This document shows, piece by piece, positions 12,251 to 24,557 of a stretch of 64,000 nucleotides of DNA. The notes under the pieces are model-generated. The model was not told where the DNA came from, did not search any database, and saw only the letters and a list, made by a program, of their open reading frames with translations. The position numbers and the translations under genes are program-made. Every line of letters starts with the position of its first letter. Position 1 is the stretch's first letter. This stretch comes from Anthoceros angustus (Eukaryota; Plantae; Anthocerotophyta), in the NCBI GenBank assembly GCA_010909165.1, contig MU008214.1, forward strand, positions 62,001-126,000, written 5' to 3'.

Positions 12251-14205
12251 AGGAATGTTTTGTTTCGTTCCCTAGGTGTAGCTGCTGTACCATTCCCCCC
12301 TCTCGTATCTCCATTTCCCCTCAAGGACGTTAGGCTGGGTACATTTATGCGTCTCCATCTATGTGGTGTAGAGTCCGGGTAGGTATGGTGGGTGCAGCTA
12401 GATGCAGACCCTTCCCGAGAGTTATGAGTGAGGACAACATTCAGATGTCCCGGGACAACACCCAGATGCGCAGGCAGATGCGCAGGCAGTACAGCATACA
12501 CAACAAGACGTAAGAGGGGCAGCATCGGCGGCATCAGCAGGAGGAGGAGCAGCAGGGGCCAGCAGGAGGATAAAAATATACAAAACATGCCAAATTCATT
12601 GATGCAGGCTGCAACAGGAGGCAGGAGGCAGAGCACAAGAGGGCGCCCAAATATCCGATTCCCGGCTTCCAGCAGCAGCAGGCGTGCAGTGTGCACGCTG
12701 CCTTAGTCAGCCCAGTACGGAAGGTGGGCGCCCTTCCTCTCCTCTGCAGGGCAGCCTGCAGCCTGCAGCCTGCAACCTGCAGCCTGCAGCCTGCAGCCTG
12801 CTCTCCTCTGCGCGTCGTGCTCGTATGTACTTTGACACCCCAACGGCTCGGGCCGGGCCGAGCTGGGCCCGGCACCGGCATGGACAGGGGCTCCCATGAG
12901 ATGAGCGCAAGCAGGCCACCCACCCGCTGCCCACGCTCCACCACCCTGCTCCCTGGGCCGCCATGTGCCGTCGTCATGCCTGCCTCACCTGCTACCTGCC
13001 GGCCTGCTATACCATATCCATTTCCTCAATTTACCCACCCGCACATTTCACCTGCCCCAAAACCTCACCTCAAATTCTTCTGCCTTATTTTATGTTTTTC
13101 TTTTGGTGGACATTAGTGCACATCTAGTACGTAATCTGCACCGACATCATACCATCCCTTGCCTGCACATCGTTGAGAGTAGACACGCACCAGCTGTTGC
13201 TGCCAACTTTGCACATTTGTACTTATATATAGATAAATGTAAATAATATTGGATAAAAGATTCGTATTTTTAGATTCCATAATAATGCAATAGGATTTTC
13301 CATTCGGAATCAAAGGTTCTAGATAACTAGAATTATAGTTAATATTTGTAAGGGATAAGAGTAGGAGTAAAAATTACAATTACTATACGTTATTATTTTA
13401 GTTTACTATACTAATAAATAACATTCTTTAAATATGAGTGATAAGATAAAACTATCCCTTAAAATGTGAGCTTATTTGTTAAAAACAAAATATTCCTCAA
13501 ATTGTGAGCTTATTTGTTCAAAACATAAGTGTGTATCAAATAAAAAAGATATCAATGATCTCCTTCTAAACAATATGAACAAAGGACTGCAAACAACAGT
13601 AATGGGAGTGTAATGTCATAACATGAAAAATATTCTAAAAACTTAAAAAGTAGAAAAATTAGAAATACATATTTATTTAACTAAAAGTATTTATGAACCA
13701 AGAAAACATGATTTTACATGTTATAATTTGAAATCTAGATACCTAATCTTCAAAAAGTTAGTGAGATATATATCTATGGTAAAATATTCATTCATGGTAA
13801 GATAGAAGAGAATACAATTACTTTGGTTCATGTGGACCCTTGGGTCTCCCTTGTTGTCCTATGCTGGATTGGTTCTCCCCCATCATTTCCCCCCTCAATA
13901 AAATTTTCTCTTTAGTTCCTCAAGAGTATAATTAAATATGTAAAAAACTATTTTTTATAATTATATAAAAATAAAATGAAGTAACAAACCTTGTTTTCCA
14001 GAGTGCGTGGGTGGACAAAGATGCAAGTTAGTATCTGAAATCGGTCTTTGTCCATTTCAAACATATTATACGAACAAAACACCTTTACCCTTTGCTTCAT
14101 GAAGTACGAGATTCTATCAGAAAGATATCAGTATGACGTTCCATGACAATATTGCACACCAAAAGAAAGAAAGAATGTCGTGGAAGGAGGGAGAACGAAG
14201 TGAAG

Positions 14206-15174
14206 TCAAGTAAGGTTATGTTCATCAAGGTCATCCGACACAGATACCAAGGCAGATAGGTCGCCTCTAGGCAGTTTTTTGGCTATCTTGAGGATGACAT
14301 GATCAAGCTGCGAAACCACGCTGCTCTTATTGATGATGTGTTTGATTTGGTCTAGAGAGCCCTCCCTGTATGCCGCAAGCAACTGCTCGGCACACCTATT
14401 GTAATCACTGTTCAAAAACGCATCGACATTGACGCAGTCATTGAAACACTGTTCGGCGTCTTTGAGGTTCTCCGCGAAGAGGTAGACGATGATGGCGCTG
14501 AGGTAGGCCTTGCACTGAGTCTGCACGGCGTGGCACTTATCCGCTCCGAGGCCCCACCGCAAGAGCACCGCAGCAGCGTCCTGGTACCTCTCCAGTTTGA
14601 GGAACAAGTTCGCGGCGGATCTGTAGGTTTCGAAGGCCATCTGCTCCTTGTCCTCATCCTCCAAAATGACGCAAGAATCCAGATACATTTTCACAGCCTC
14701 GTCAGGGTTCCCATCCTCCAGCGCCCTAGCTCCCTTGTGCAGGGCTTCTGCGGCGGGCTGGGGTTTCCCGCACGCCGTGTAGAGCTCGGCGGCCCGCCTG
14801 AAGAAGTCGGCAACTTCCGCGTAGCTGCGCAGCTCCTTGGCCATGGACCCCGCGGACTCCAGGTGCTTGCCCGCCTGCCAGGGCGAGCCCAGCCGCTCGT
14901 GCCCTAGCGATGCCCGCTCGAAGCATTCCTTGGCCTTCTCCGTCTTCTTCCCGAGCTTGAAGGCGAACGCGGCCGCCTCGTAGAGCGGCGTGGCCGCGGC
15001 CCAGTCCGCGTACCATCGCGTGAAGCTGAGCTTGGAGAGCTTGCCCGCCTTCTTCAGATTCCTCTCCGCTTCCAGGAGCTTTTCCTCGGAGAGGAGTCCA
15101 GAGGGCGCACCGGCGGTGTGGAGAGAGGATGCTTCTTCGGAGATCATGGCTTTTGTAGAGCGCGGATGGCGCAT
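14206..15174 (-). CDS. gSNAP: Gamma-soluble NSF attachment protein, intronless
   Basis: Uninterrupted 322-aa ORF with KLSFTRWYADW, SPWQAGKHLESA, QCKAYLSAIIVYL and C-terminal DDLDEHNLT, matching plant gamma-SNAP. True start may be the second Met. Confidence 0.93.
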   Translation of the reverse strand: MRHPRSTKAMISEEASSLHTAGAPSGLLSEEKLLEAERNLKKAGKLSKLSFTRWYADWAAATPLYEAAAFAFKLGKKTEKAKECFERASLGHERLGSPWQAGKHLESAGSMAKELRSYAEVADFFRRAAELYTACGKPQPAAEALHKGARALEDGNPDEAVKMYLDSCVILEDEDKEQMAFETYRSAANLFLKLERYQDAAAVLLRWGLGADKCHAVQTQCKAYLSAIIVYLFAENLKDAEQCFNDCVNVDAFLNSDYNRCAEQLLAAYREGSLDQIKHIINKSSVVSQLDHVILKIAKKLPRGDLSALVSVSDDLDEHNLT

Positions 15175-18100
15175 GCGTATGCGGGGCGGATGCGTATGCG
15201 GATGTGCATGTGATCGGATTCCATTCCCCGATTCCGATTCCTAATTGGGATTCCGAAAAGAGGAAATGGGAGTTGCGAGCGCCCCAGGTGGCGCGCCCCG
15301 CAACTGCAACTGGGATCCTGGCCACGTGCCGGAAATGGCCCTGGGTTCTAGGGTAGGGGTGCGGGGAAGGTGGCATACCGAACCCGACCCCGAGCCCGAA
15401 CCGGGCCGAGGCTGCGAGCTTCGGGTCCGGGGACGGGGGTGGGGCTGGATTCGGCGCCTCCCGGTGTATCGTATCACATCCGCATCGTGGCTGGGCGGAT
15501 TGATGGGCGATCGGAGCAACAACAGGAGGTGCTGGTATCTACGATATCTTGTGTGTTTTGTGTGGCGTGCTGGCCCTTGGGCGCCTACAATCGATCAAGC
15601 CTACATGTAATTGCGTGCGTGCTGGGGCACAAAAGCAAGACCCAAAAAGAGGAAAAAGGAGTCAAGGAAAAAGGAAAGAAAACATGGGGCATCCGCAATG
15701 TAATATCATGTCGGAGTCCCCGAAATGCGTAAGAGGGTTGAGGGTAATAAAAATGGGGAAGGCAGTGGGCTGCTGTGCGATGGCAATGATGTGTGTGAAT
15801 GTGTGTGTGTATGGGGACAAACAACAAGGAGGAAGAGAGGAAAAAAAAAAAGGCAAGTCCCAGGCCCCAAAATGGGCAAGTTGCTGCCGGTGACTTTTGG
15901 AGCTGCCATGCCAGGGTTCTCCTGCTGCCAACTTGCTGCTGCCTTTAAATCTCTCTCTTGCTTTTTGGGTTTCTCTTTCCGACGATGCTGGCTGATATCT
16001 GGCTAAGTACCTGGCAAGTTGCATGGTGTGGTGACACATATAGCAACAGGGGTGACCGGTACGAGCAGGTGGGCGAGGAATCTTGGATAATCTCCAGCTG
16101 CCCATGGGGGTTTGCTGGATGCACAGGATGCCGGAGGAGGGAGGGGCCCGGGGCCAGGGGCCAGGGGGCCAGGGGCAAATGTGGTACATATGGAACGGAT
16201 TCTATCCTATCTCCAGGCCCCCAGGGTTCCACAGTCTCCAGACCCACAACCCCAGGGTGTTCTGCTCATATTGTTGTTGTTGTTGCTGTGTGTGAGACTG
16301 CGAGATATGTTTATGTACATGTACATGAGAGATTTTGCTGTGCTGTGTTGTGTTGTTGTTGGAGACTGTAGGAATGCACAGTCACATGCACCCAAAAATT
16401 CCACACGCCCACATGCCTGCTCCCGGTTGACTTTGTGGCCGCTACATGCTACATGCTTGCTTTGTGCACCTGTCGTGGTGCGTGTCGTAAAGCCTGTGCT
16501 TGACCAAAGACTGGGCTGGCATGGCCTGGCCTGGCCTGGCCTGCAGGGCCTGGGACCATATGTATGGCCTAACCGGGTTACGTATGGAACTAGCTAACTT
16601 CACTTAACTTCACTTACCTCACATACTTATCTTGTTCCTACACTCCATGCTCGGGCTTTGATAAAGCGTCCACCCTCCTCCGGATATTATTCACCCACCA
16701 CCTGTGGCAGCGAACGACAGTCTCCACCTTTATTACCCTACCCCCACATGCATGGAGGAGGGGAGGGTCAAACCGTTTTCAAACTGTGGACACGAATCGA
16801 ATAAAGAGAGGGGATCGGTACGAGGTGCCCTAATGCCCACCAAAACGCACAAACAGTAGCCATAAAAACTTACTTACTCAAGGGAGATGGGAGTGGCATG
16901 CTTTAACGCGGACCGCGGTTTACATGGCTGGTGACAGCGCATTCAAGTGGGCAAGGATGAAGATGGAATTTGGTCCACAATTGCCCCTTTCGGGGGGCGG
17001 GGGGGGCCTGGAAGATTAGATTTGGGATTATCGGATCGCGTTATGGAATTATGTACGTAGTGTGAAAATGGCGAGGCGGGGGGAGCGGGGGGCGTAGGGG
17101 GCCAAATCCGGGGCCCCGGGGATCCGCATCCGCATCCGCTTCCGCTTCCGCTTCCGGGTTCCGGTACGGCCTGTCACATAACAGCACATGGAAGGCACAA
17201 CATAGTAATCCACATACAAAGCACAGGAGGGAGAACACGAGAGCACAAGTTTTGGGCTCCAACACACCGCAGGCGCAGCCAGCACACAGCGCCTTCGGCG
17301 GCCACAGTGAAGTGCTGCTCTGCCCTGCTCTGCCCGCTCATGTGATTCGATCCGATCCGCCCCAGCTTCGGCCCGACCCTCCTTCTCTCTCCTCTCTCTT
17401 TCTACCAGAACGCGCTGCGTCTGCATCTGCATCTGCGCGTCGTCTGCGTCTGCGTCTGCGTCTGCGTCTGGCCCGGCTGCCTGCCTGCCTTGGCTTACAA
17501 CAGGTCCCACTTCCCACATCATTCGCCTCTGTTCCTGTTTGCTGCAACCCAGCCGCTGCTGCAGGAGAAGCGAGAGTCCTGAAGCACACGCACAGTTTGT
17601 TGTTGTTGTTGTTGTTGTTGTTGCTCTCTGCGCTTCTCCTGGCTGCCTTCCTTCCTTCCTTTCCCTCGCAGTCCATTGCAGCTGCCTGCTCTTCTCCTCT
17701 CTAGTATTCCCTCTCGGGCTGATGCTGCGTCAGCCTCAGCTTCTGCCGGCAGCCAGCAGCCTACATGCTCCTCAGACGCAGCAGCAGCAGCAGCGGAGGA
17801 GCCATCTCCCGCAGACCACAACAACAACGACGGTGTTCTGTACAGCAACAGCAACAGCAACAGCAGCAGCAGCAGCAGCAGCAACGACAAGGCGGAGCAG
17901 AGAAGCAGCGGGCAAGAGGAGGAGGTGCGCCAATTGACTGACCAGTCCCGCCCCCGCTCCCGCTACCGCTCCCGCTGCGCCTGCCTGGCCCTCCCTCCTT
18001 CCATGGCAGTGGCGGATTCTGTGCTTGTCTGCCCCGCGGTCACAGATTGGAATTCCAGTGGCCAGGCAGGTGCCATCTTCCTTCCTCGCTTCCTGCCTGC

Positions 18101-18317
18101 CTGCCTGCCTGCCTGCCGCTCCCGCCGTAGTTTGCTCTAGCTATAGCTTGGTAGGATACTTACTTACCGGTAGTCTTCACCTCGCTTGCGCTCTCAAGTT
18201 GGAGAGGGAGTTGTCGCTTGTTGCAACGCCAGCTGCTCATAATCGTGCTTGTTGCTTTGTTCTTTTCTGCAGGAGAGCCAGCGAGCCTGGTCCAATGCTG
18301 TGTCGCTGCAATCCCTA

Positions 18318-19405
18318 ATGTCACATTGCAATCCTAAGGCTGCTGCCGCAGCAGCTGCCGGTGCCGGAGCCGGAGCCGCAGCCGGAGCCCCGCCCGGCGC
18401 GCTCAATCTGAAGGCGAAGCCTTGTGATGTCACGCTGCGCCTGAGCTGCAACAGCGATGGGGACAGCTCATCCGACAGCGATGACCGCAGCTCCAAAAAC
18501 ATGGCCTCTCCTACCTCTACTTCCCACTCGATTCCCATGCCCGCTCACCAATTGGAGGCTGTGTCCAGCCGGGCTTCCAGGTTGGAGCTGGAGGAGAGGC
18601 AGGCAGCTGCGGCAGCAGCAGCAGCAGGACGAGGCCCGCAGCATCACCATTTCCTCATGACGCACCAGCAGCAGCAGCAGCAACAGCATCAACAACAGCA
18701 ACAGCAACAGCAACAGCATCAGCAACATCAGTCTGCTTCCGACATCAATCATAGCTGGAACCTGCTGCACTCTCTGTCCAAGGGCCGGCGTGAAGAGGAG
18801 GAGCAGCAGCGGCTGCAGCTGCAGCAGCAGCAGCCGCAGCCGCAGCCGCAGCCGCAGCGGAGTCCAGGAGCTGCCCCAATTCCTGGTCCAGCTACTCGTC
18901 CGCCAGCCTGCAAGGGCAGGGGCAGCAGCAGGGGCTGCGGAGGGCGCCTCTGGAGAGGTCCGGGAGCGGGGTGAGCGTGGTGTCGGGCTCCATCGATTCC
19001 GACGGAGATGCAGCTCTGGGGGGGAAGGCGGAGCACGGGAAGCTGCCGTCGTCGCAGTACCGGGGGGTGGTGCCCCAGCCGAATGGCCGCTGGGGGGCGC
19101 AAATCTACGAGAAGCATCAGCGGGTGTGGCTGGGGACCTTCAACAGGGAGGAGGAGGCGGCCAAGGCTTACGATCGGGCTGCCATGAAATTCCGGGGACG
19201 GGACGCCATGACCAACTTCCCTCTTGTTCCCGACTCCAATCCCGAGGCTGCTTTCCTCAGGTCTCACAGCAAGGAGCAGATTGTGGACATGCTGCGTCGC
19301 CACAACTACGACGAGGAGTTGGAGCAGAGCCGCCGGGCAGCTGTCTGCATGAGGGCAGCAACGCAGCATCAGCTGAGCCACAGCCATAGCGCGTCTCTTG
19401 TCTCT

Positions 19406-19452
<47 letters not shown>

Positions 19453-21508
19453 GCAGCAGCACTTGCTGCATCACCACAGCAAGGATCTTTCTTCCTCTTC
19501 TTCTCGTGCAACTGCAGCGGCTTCCTTTCTAGGTAACACACACCTCCTTCCTCATCCTGTCTGGCAGTGTCTGTATGGTGTTGCTGCTGTTGCTGCTAAT
19601 AGGATGGTGATGCCTGAGGTGTTGGTGATGCCTGGTGAGGTAGTGCTGATTGTGGCTTCTTGTTTGCTGCTTGATTCAGCTGCCAGTTCCTCGCACTTGG
19701 CTTACTCCGGAGTAGGGGGAGGGGCAGCTGAGGCTGCAGGGCTGTCGCGGCTCAGCGCGGAGGACGGTGCTGCGGATCCGGTTCCCATGCCACAGTCCAG
19801 ATCCCAATGGCTGCGGGAACATCTCTTCGACAAGGCAGTCACTCCCAGTGACGTGGGGAAGCTGAACAGGCTTGTTATTCCCAAGCAGCACGCGGAGAGG
19901 TGCTTCCCGCTAGATCTCTCCACCAATTCTCCTGGCCAGACTCTGGCGTTCGAGGACGCTACGGGCAAGCAATGGAGGTTCAGGTACTCGTATTGGAACA
20001 GCAGCCAAAGCTATGTGCTCACCAAAGGATGGAGCAGGTTCGTGAAGGAGAAGAAGCTGGATGCGGGAGACATCGTGTCCTTTGAGAGGGGGCCTAACCA
20101 GGAGCTCTACATCGACTTCCGCCGCCGTCCTCTGCAGACGAGCATGAACATGAACATGAATATGGTGACGGACCGGAGTGCGACGCGCCCTTGGGGGATT
20201 GGGATTGCGCAGCAACACCAGCACCAACAACACTCTCCTCTGCTGGGAGCAGCAGGTTTGCTTGGCCAGAACAGCCATGCTGCGGCGGTGCCTCCTACCA
20301 GCAACAACCACCATCTGCTCGCGTCTCAGGCCAACTCTGCTTACACGTCCAAGATGACGTCCGGCGCAATGCCATGGGCACACCTGCTGTCGAGCTCTAC
20401 TCAAGGCCAAGGCGGCAAGCAATTGCAAGTTGGTAGCATAGCCGCCGACCCAGGGTCAAGCTCGGCCGCCGCCCCGTTCGCCCATCTTTTCTCCCATGGA
20501 GCTGGGGCTGGAGCTGGAGCTGGATTCAGGCCGCATGGCGGCAGCCAGTTCCAAATCGGACAACTCAAGGCCTCCAATGCCGCCGAAGCAGCGCTCATGG
20601 CAGAGGCTCAGCTTTCAGCAGTGAGCAGGTATTCTCGGCCCGGGGGGGTGTCCGTTTCCTCAGACGAAGTGATGGAGCCTCAGGGCTCCCTTGGCAGCGT
20701 GGGATCTTTGGGCAACAATGCTAATGCTGCTGACGGGGGCTCCGGCTTGCACAGACGCCTTGCTGCCGAGTCTAGTACAGCTTCTGGAGGAGCTACTGCT
20801 TCTGGTACTAGGCTGTTTGGGGTGAACCTTGAAGCATGCGCGAAAGCTGCCACCGCTACCACCAAGGAGGAGGAGGAGGGCATACGGGCCCAAAGTGGCT
20901 ATGCGTCTGATAGCTTCACCAGTGGTTTGAGCCTATCCTTTCAGCTGTCTCTCGGGAATGGGAATGGGAAGGGGAATGGTAATGGTAATGGTTATGGCAA
21001 CAAGTCTTCTCCCTCTACCCATCAGCCACCAGTGTCCAGGAGCTATGACTTCATGGGCGCAATGGACTTCATGGGCGCCGATGGTGTGGGCAGAGCTACT
21101 GCTAGGGATGCTGGAAACGGATCCAAGGAGGTGCAGTTGCAACGTACAAGTGATGGAATGGGCACTACTTTCTCAAGACTGCCACTTGTAGCAGCGGGGG
21201 CTAGTAGCCAGCAGCAGCAGCAGGCAGCAGAGCAAGCCCAGAGCCTGGCTTCGGACTTGAGGCTGCCTTCAGGTGGTGCTTGCGAGTCGTCGGGCTTCCG
21301 AGATACCAGGGAGCAGGATCAAGGTAGCCCTGTCGGGAGGGCAACAAGCGGCGAGAGTGAGTCAACCAAGGCACCCAGTTTGGCCGACAGCCCAAACACT
21401 GGGTCAGTAAACAGGAAGAGGAAAGTGGGAGGAATAACAGTGCCGGGTTTCTCACTTACACTGGCTCAGTCGGCATCGGCAGATGTCCTCGAGAGAAGAG
21501 GGAGTGGG

Positions 21509-21541
<33 letters not shown>

Positions 21542-21817
21542 GCAGGTGGGGAATCCAGTAGCAGCGGGAATGAGACCGCTTCGCCCAGAAGAGAAACGGA
21601 GGAGTCGGAGGGGTCCCAAGTGGATGGCCAGAGTAGTAGCAGGAAAGTAGATGGTGGTCCAATTAGGTTAGAGGTGGAGCTGGGTGCAGATGCAGAGGGC
21701 AGTATACAAAGCCCCAGCGTGGAACCCACATCCAAGAGGCATTGCTCCCCAACCAAATCTCCATCGTCTGGCACTGGTCCTGGTAGTGGGACACAAGGGG
21801 AGAGCACGGCGAGTTAA
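18318..21817 (+). CDS. RAV: RAV-family transcription factor (AP2 + B3 + RLFGV repression motif) with a frame break near 18858
   Basis: AP2: [35 protein letters not shown]3: [31 protein letters not shown]. Also TRLFGVNL. Likely ATG 18318 after a 5' UTR intron (18070-18272) is in another frame from the AP2 ORF. Probable in-frame intron 19533-19679. Confidence 0.9.
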
Positions 21818-24557
21818 TGTTAGCTTTCGTGACGAATGCATTTAGAATAGAGGGAGGGGAGGGAAGGGAAGGAACGAGGCCCTTTGTAATTGTAGGAAGA
21901 GATCCCCTGTGCCACATCCCCAGATTTTTGCTGTGGGCTGTGTCAGATTAATTTGTACAAAGCGCGACGCAAGCAAACAAGCAGGCCGAGGCCGCATTCT
22001 CGGGTGCCATTCATTCATACAAAATTGTGGGCCTGGCCAGTTGCGAGTGCAGTGATGGGTGTGCGTCACGAGTGCGTTGTTGATGCCGGTTGCCGACAAG
22101 GGTGATGCGAGTGACGTGCAGTGGCAGGAGGTGTGTGTGATGGTAGCAGTTGAGGTGGCAGGCCAGGCCGCGCGGCATCCTGTTGATCTCTACGTGTATG
22201 AGGGCTCGTGCAGGGAGGGAGTCGGCAGGGCAGGGCAGGGCAGGCTGCATGCTGCTGCCTCTGCTGTTACATATCTATCTATCTGTTGCTGTGTGTGACT
22301 GGATGTGTGTGTGTGTTGTGTACGAAGAGTGTCATGACGAGAGGCGCTCGCAGGCAGTGCAGTGCAGTGCACACTGCAGTGTACCACATGTGTTGTAGTA
22401 GTGCCATGGCCTGTTGCTTTTGCTTGTGGTCCCGGTACCAGACATTGACAGACAGACGGAGGGACAGAAGAATCCAGCTTGACCTCACACACACACACAA
22501 CGCGATGTTATTTGTGCACCCATATGCATGTAGGTGTAAATAACGTACATACAATAGCAAGGCAGCGAAGCAACAAACAATGTTGCGGGTATGCCTTGGC
22601 CGTGCGGATGATCCAAGGTGAAAGAAGGTGCAGGTGGCGGTGGCAGGACATATGGGATTTAGGATCTGCTCCTGCTCCTCCTCCTGGTCCTGCTCCTGCT
22701 CCTTCTCCTGGTCCTGCTCTCCTGCGCCTGCTCCTGCTCCTCTGCTCCTGCTCCTCTGCTCCTGCTCCTGCTTATATTATTGTTATTTACACGTTATGAT
22801 AAAAAGACAGGCAGTGTTGTTGGTGGTACTGCCAGGTTGGTGCCATCCTCCAGAGCCCAGGCCCCAGGGCTGTGGCCAGGGGCCAGGAGCCAGGGGCCAG
22901 GAGCCAGGAGCCAGGAGCCAGGAGTCAGGCCCTGGCCCCTTGTTGCCTGTTGTTAGCATCTGTATCTAATCCACCTATCCATATTCACATTGTGGGTTAC
23001 TAATAAAGAAAGGAAGGAGAAGAAACATAAGTATCTCTTCCACGAGATATGCATTTGTGGGCCCATGGGAGCAGAGCAGCAGAAGGCAAGGGGGCAAGGG
23101 GGCAGCGCCAGGAGATAATAACAGCAAGGGAGTCGGGACCGACACAAGGGCGGGCAGGGAGGAGGAAGGAAGGAAGGTGCAGAGTCCATCCATCCGATAC
23201 GATAGGCCAGTTGCAAGCTGCGACCTTCCTGCGCACCTTCCGTCCGCAAGGTTGTGTGGAAGAAAGGAATCCACAGTCGCAGGCGCAGATGCAGGGATGC
23301 AGGCGGGCAGGCTGTCATACTAAGTGATCTGGCAGAGAGAAGAGAGGGAGAGGCTGGGCGGCCTGGCCTGGCCCGGGGCAAGTTGCAGGCTGTCCGTAAC
23401 GTCCTTTGCAGCCAAGTTGAGAGGCCAGGCACGTGGCGACCAGCATTGTGTGTGCATCGCCCATGACCCAATGTGGCCTCGCCATCTAGTCCCACTCCGA
23501 CTCGGACCCGGAGTCGGCACCAACAACTTGCAACTTGCAACAAGCTTGCGCGCAGCCTGCGATGCGGATGCGGATGCGGATGCGGACGCGGGACCCAACA
23601 AAAAGGCCGGGCCGGCTCCCGAGTCCCCCGTCCCGTCACGTCCCGTCCCGTCTCGCCCCGGCCGCGGGAGTCGGGAGAGAGGAAACGAGGGAACCCGAAG
23701 CCCTATGCATGCGCATTCACCCCACTGCACTACATGCATACATGCATACATGCACATACATAACAGCTCCACCTTCCGCGAAGCTGCACTGCCAGCCGTG
23801 GTCAACGCCCGTCCCGCGTGGCTCCTGTGCCACAGCCCCCGTTCCGTTGCGACCATCGGGCGCTGGAGTAGCAGGGGTCAAACTCCCGCAACGTGTGTCT
23901 TTCGGGCCGCATCCCACGTGAAAGAACCCCAGGACTGCCGAGCCTGCAGCTTCGGGTCCGGGCTCATACGGGCACCGACAGACGCGCATTCGGTAAACAA
24001 ACAAAGGCAAAATATGCTTGATCCAAGGCTGTTGCATGGAAACACCAGTCATCAAGAGCAGACAACCAAGCCCCAGGCTTCCAGCCAACGCGGTGACTGT
24101 TATGAGGGAGAGGCTGGGGCCTCGACTTCGGGAACTTCATCGCGTTCGAGGCCAGATCCCATGCAGGCAAGGCCTGCCCTGAGGCCTCTCAGGCCTCGCC
24201 TTGTTGTTCTTGTGTCAGCCCAGTTGACCCCCACATCTCGGATCCTGTGCCCCTGACATGCCAACAATACGCTCTGTACACACTGTCTCGCACATGTACA
24301 GTACAACGTATCTACCACCATTGCACGGACAATGCATGCATACACCCATGTTCCACCAACACGCCACTTCCCATCGTATTCCACTTATCACCCCCTGCCA
24401 GTGCCAGTACAGCCTAGTGCAGAGTGCACGGCACGCCATGGCCGCATCCCCCACGCACTTGCATCTGTATTTACACTGTGGCAATTAATTACCACCCCTA
24501 CGCAATACAAGAATCTAGGATGGCATAGCCCGGCCAATCGCCAACTCAAGGACCAAA

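Noticed and set aside
11977-12977. ORFs of 239, 147 and 141 aa, and a possible small-peptide gene
   Set aside because: Driven by microsatellites; no recognisable CLE, RALF or RTFL motif and no convincing splice structure.
23218-23285. Possible miRNA hairpin
   Set aside because: Short imperfect stem, and no match to the conserved land-plant miRNAs I checked by eye (miR156/529, 160, 166, 171, 319, 390, 408).
22953-24256. ORFs of 228 and 310 aa between RAV and OTU
   Set aside because: Low-complexity, overlapping on both strands, no domain; probably UTR or intergenic.
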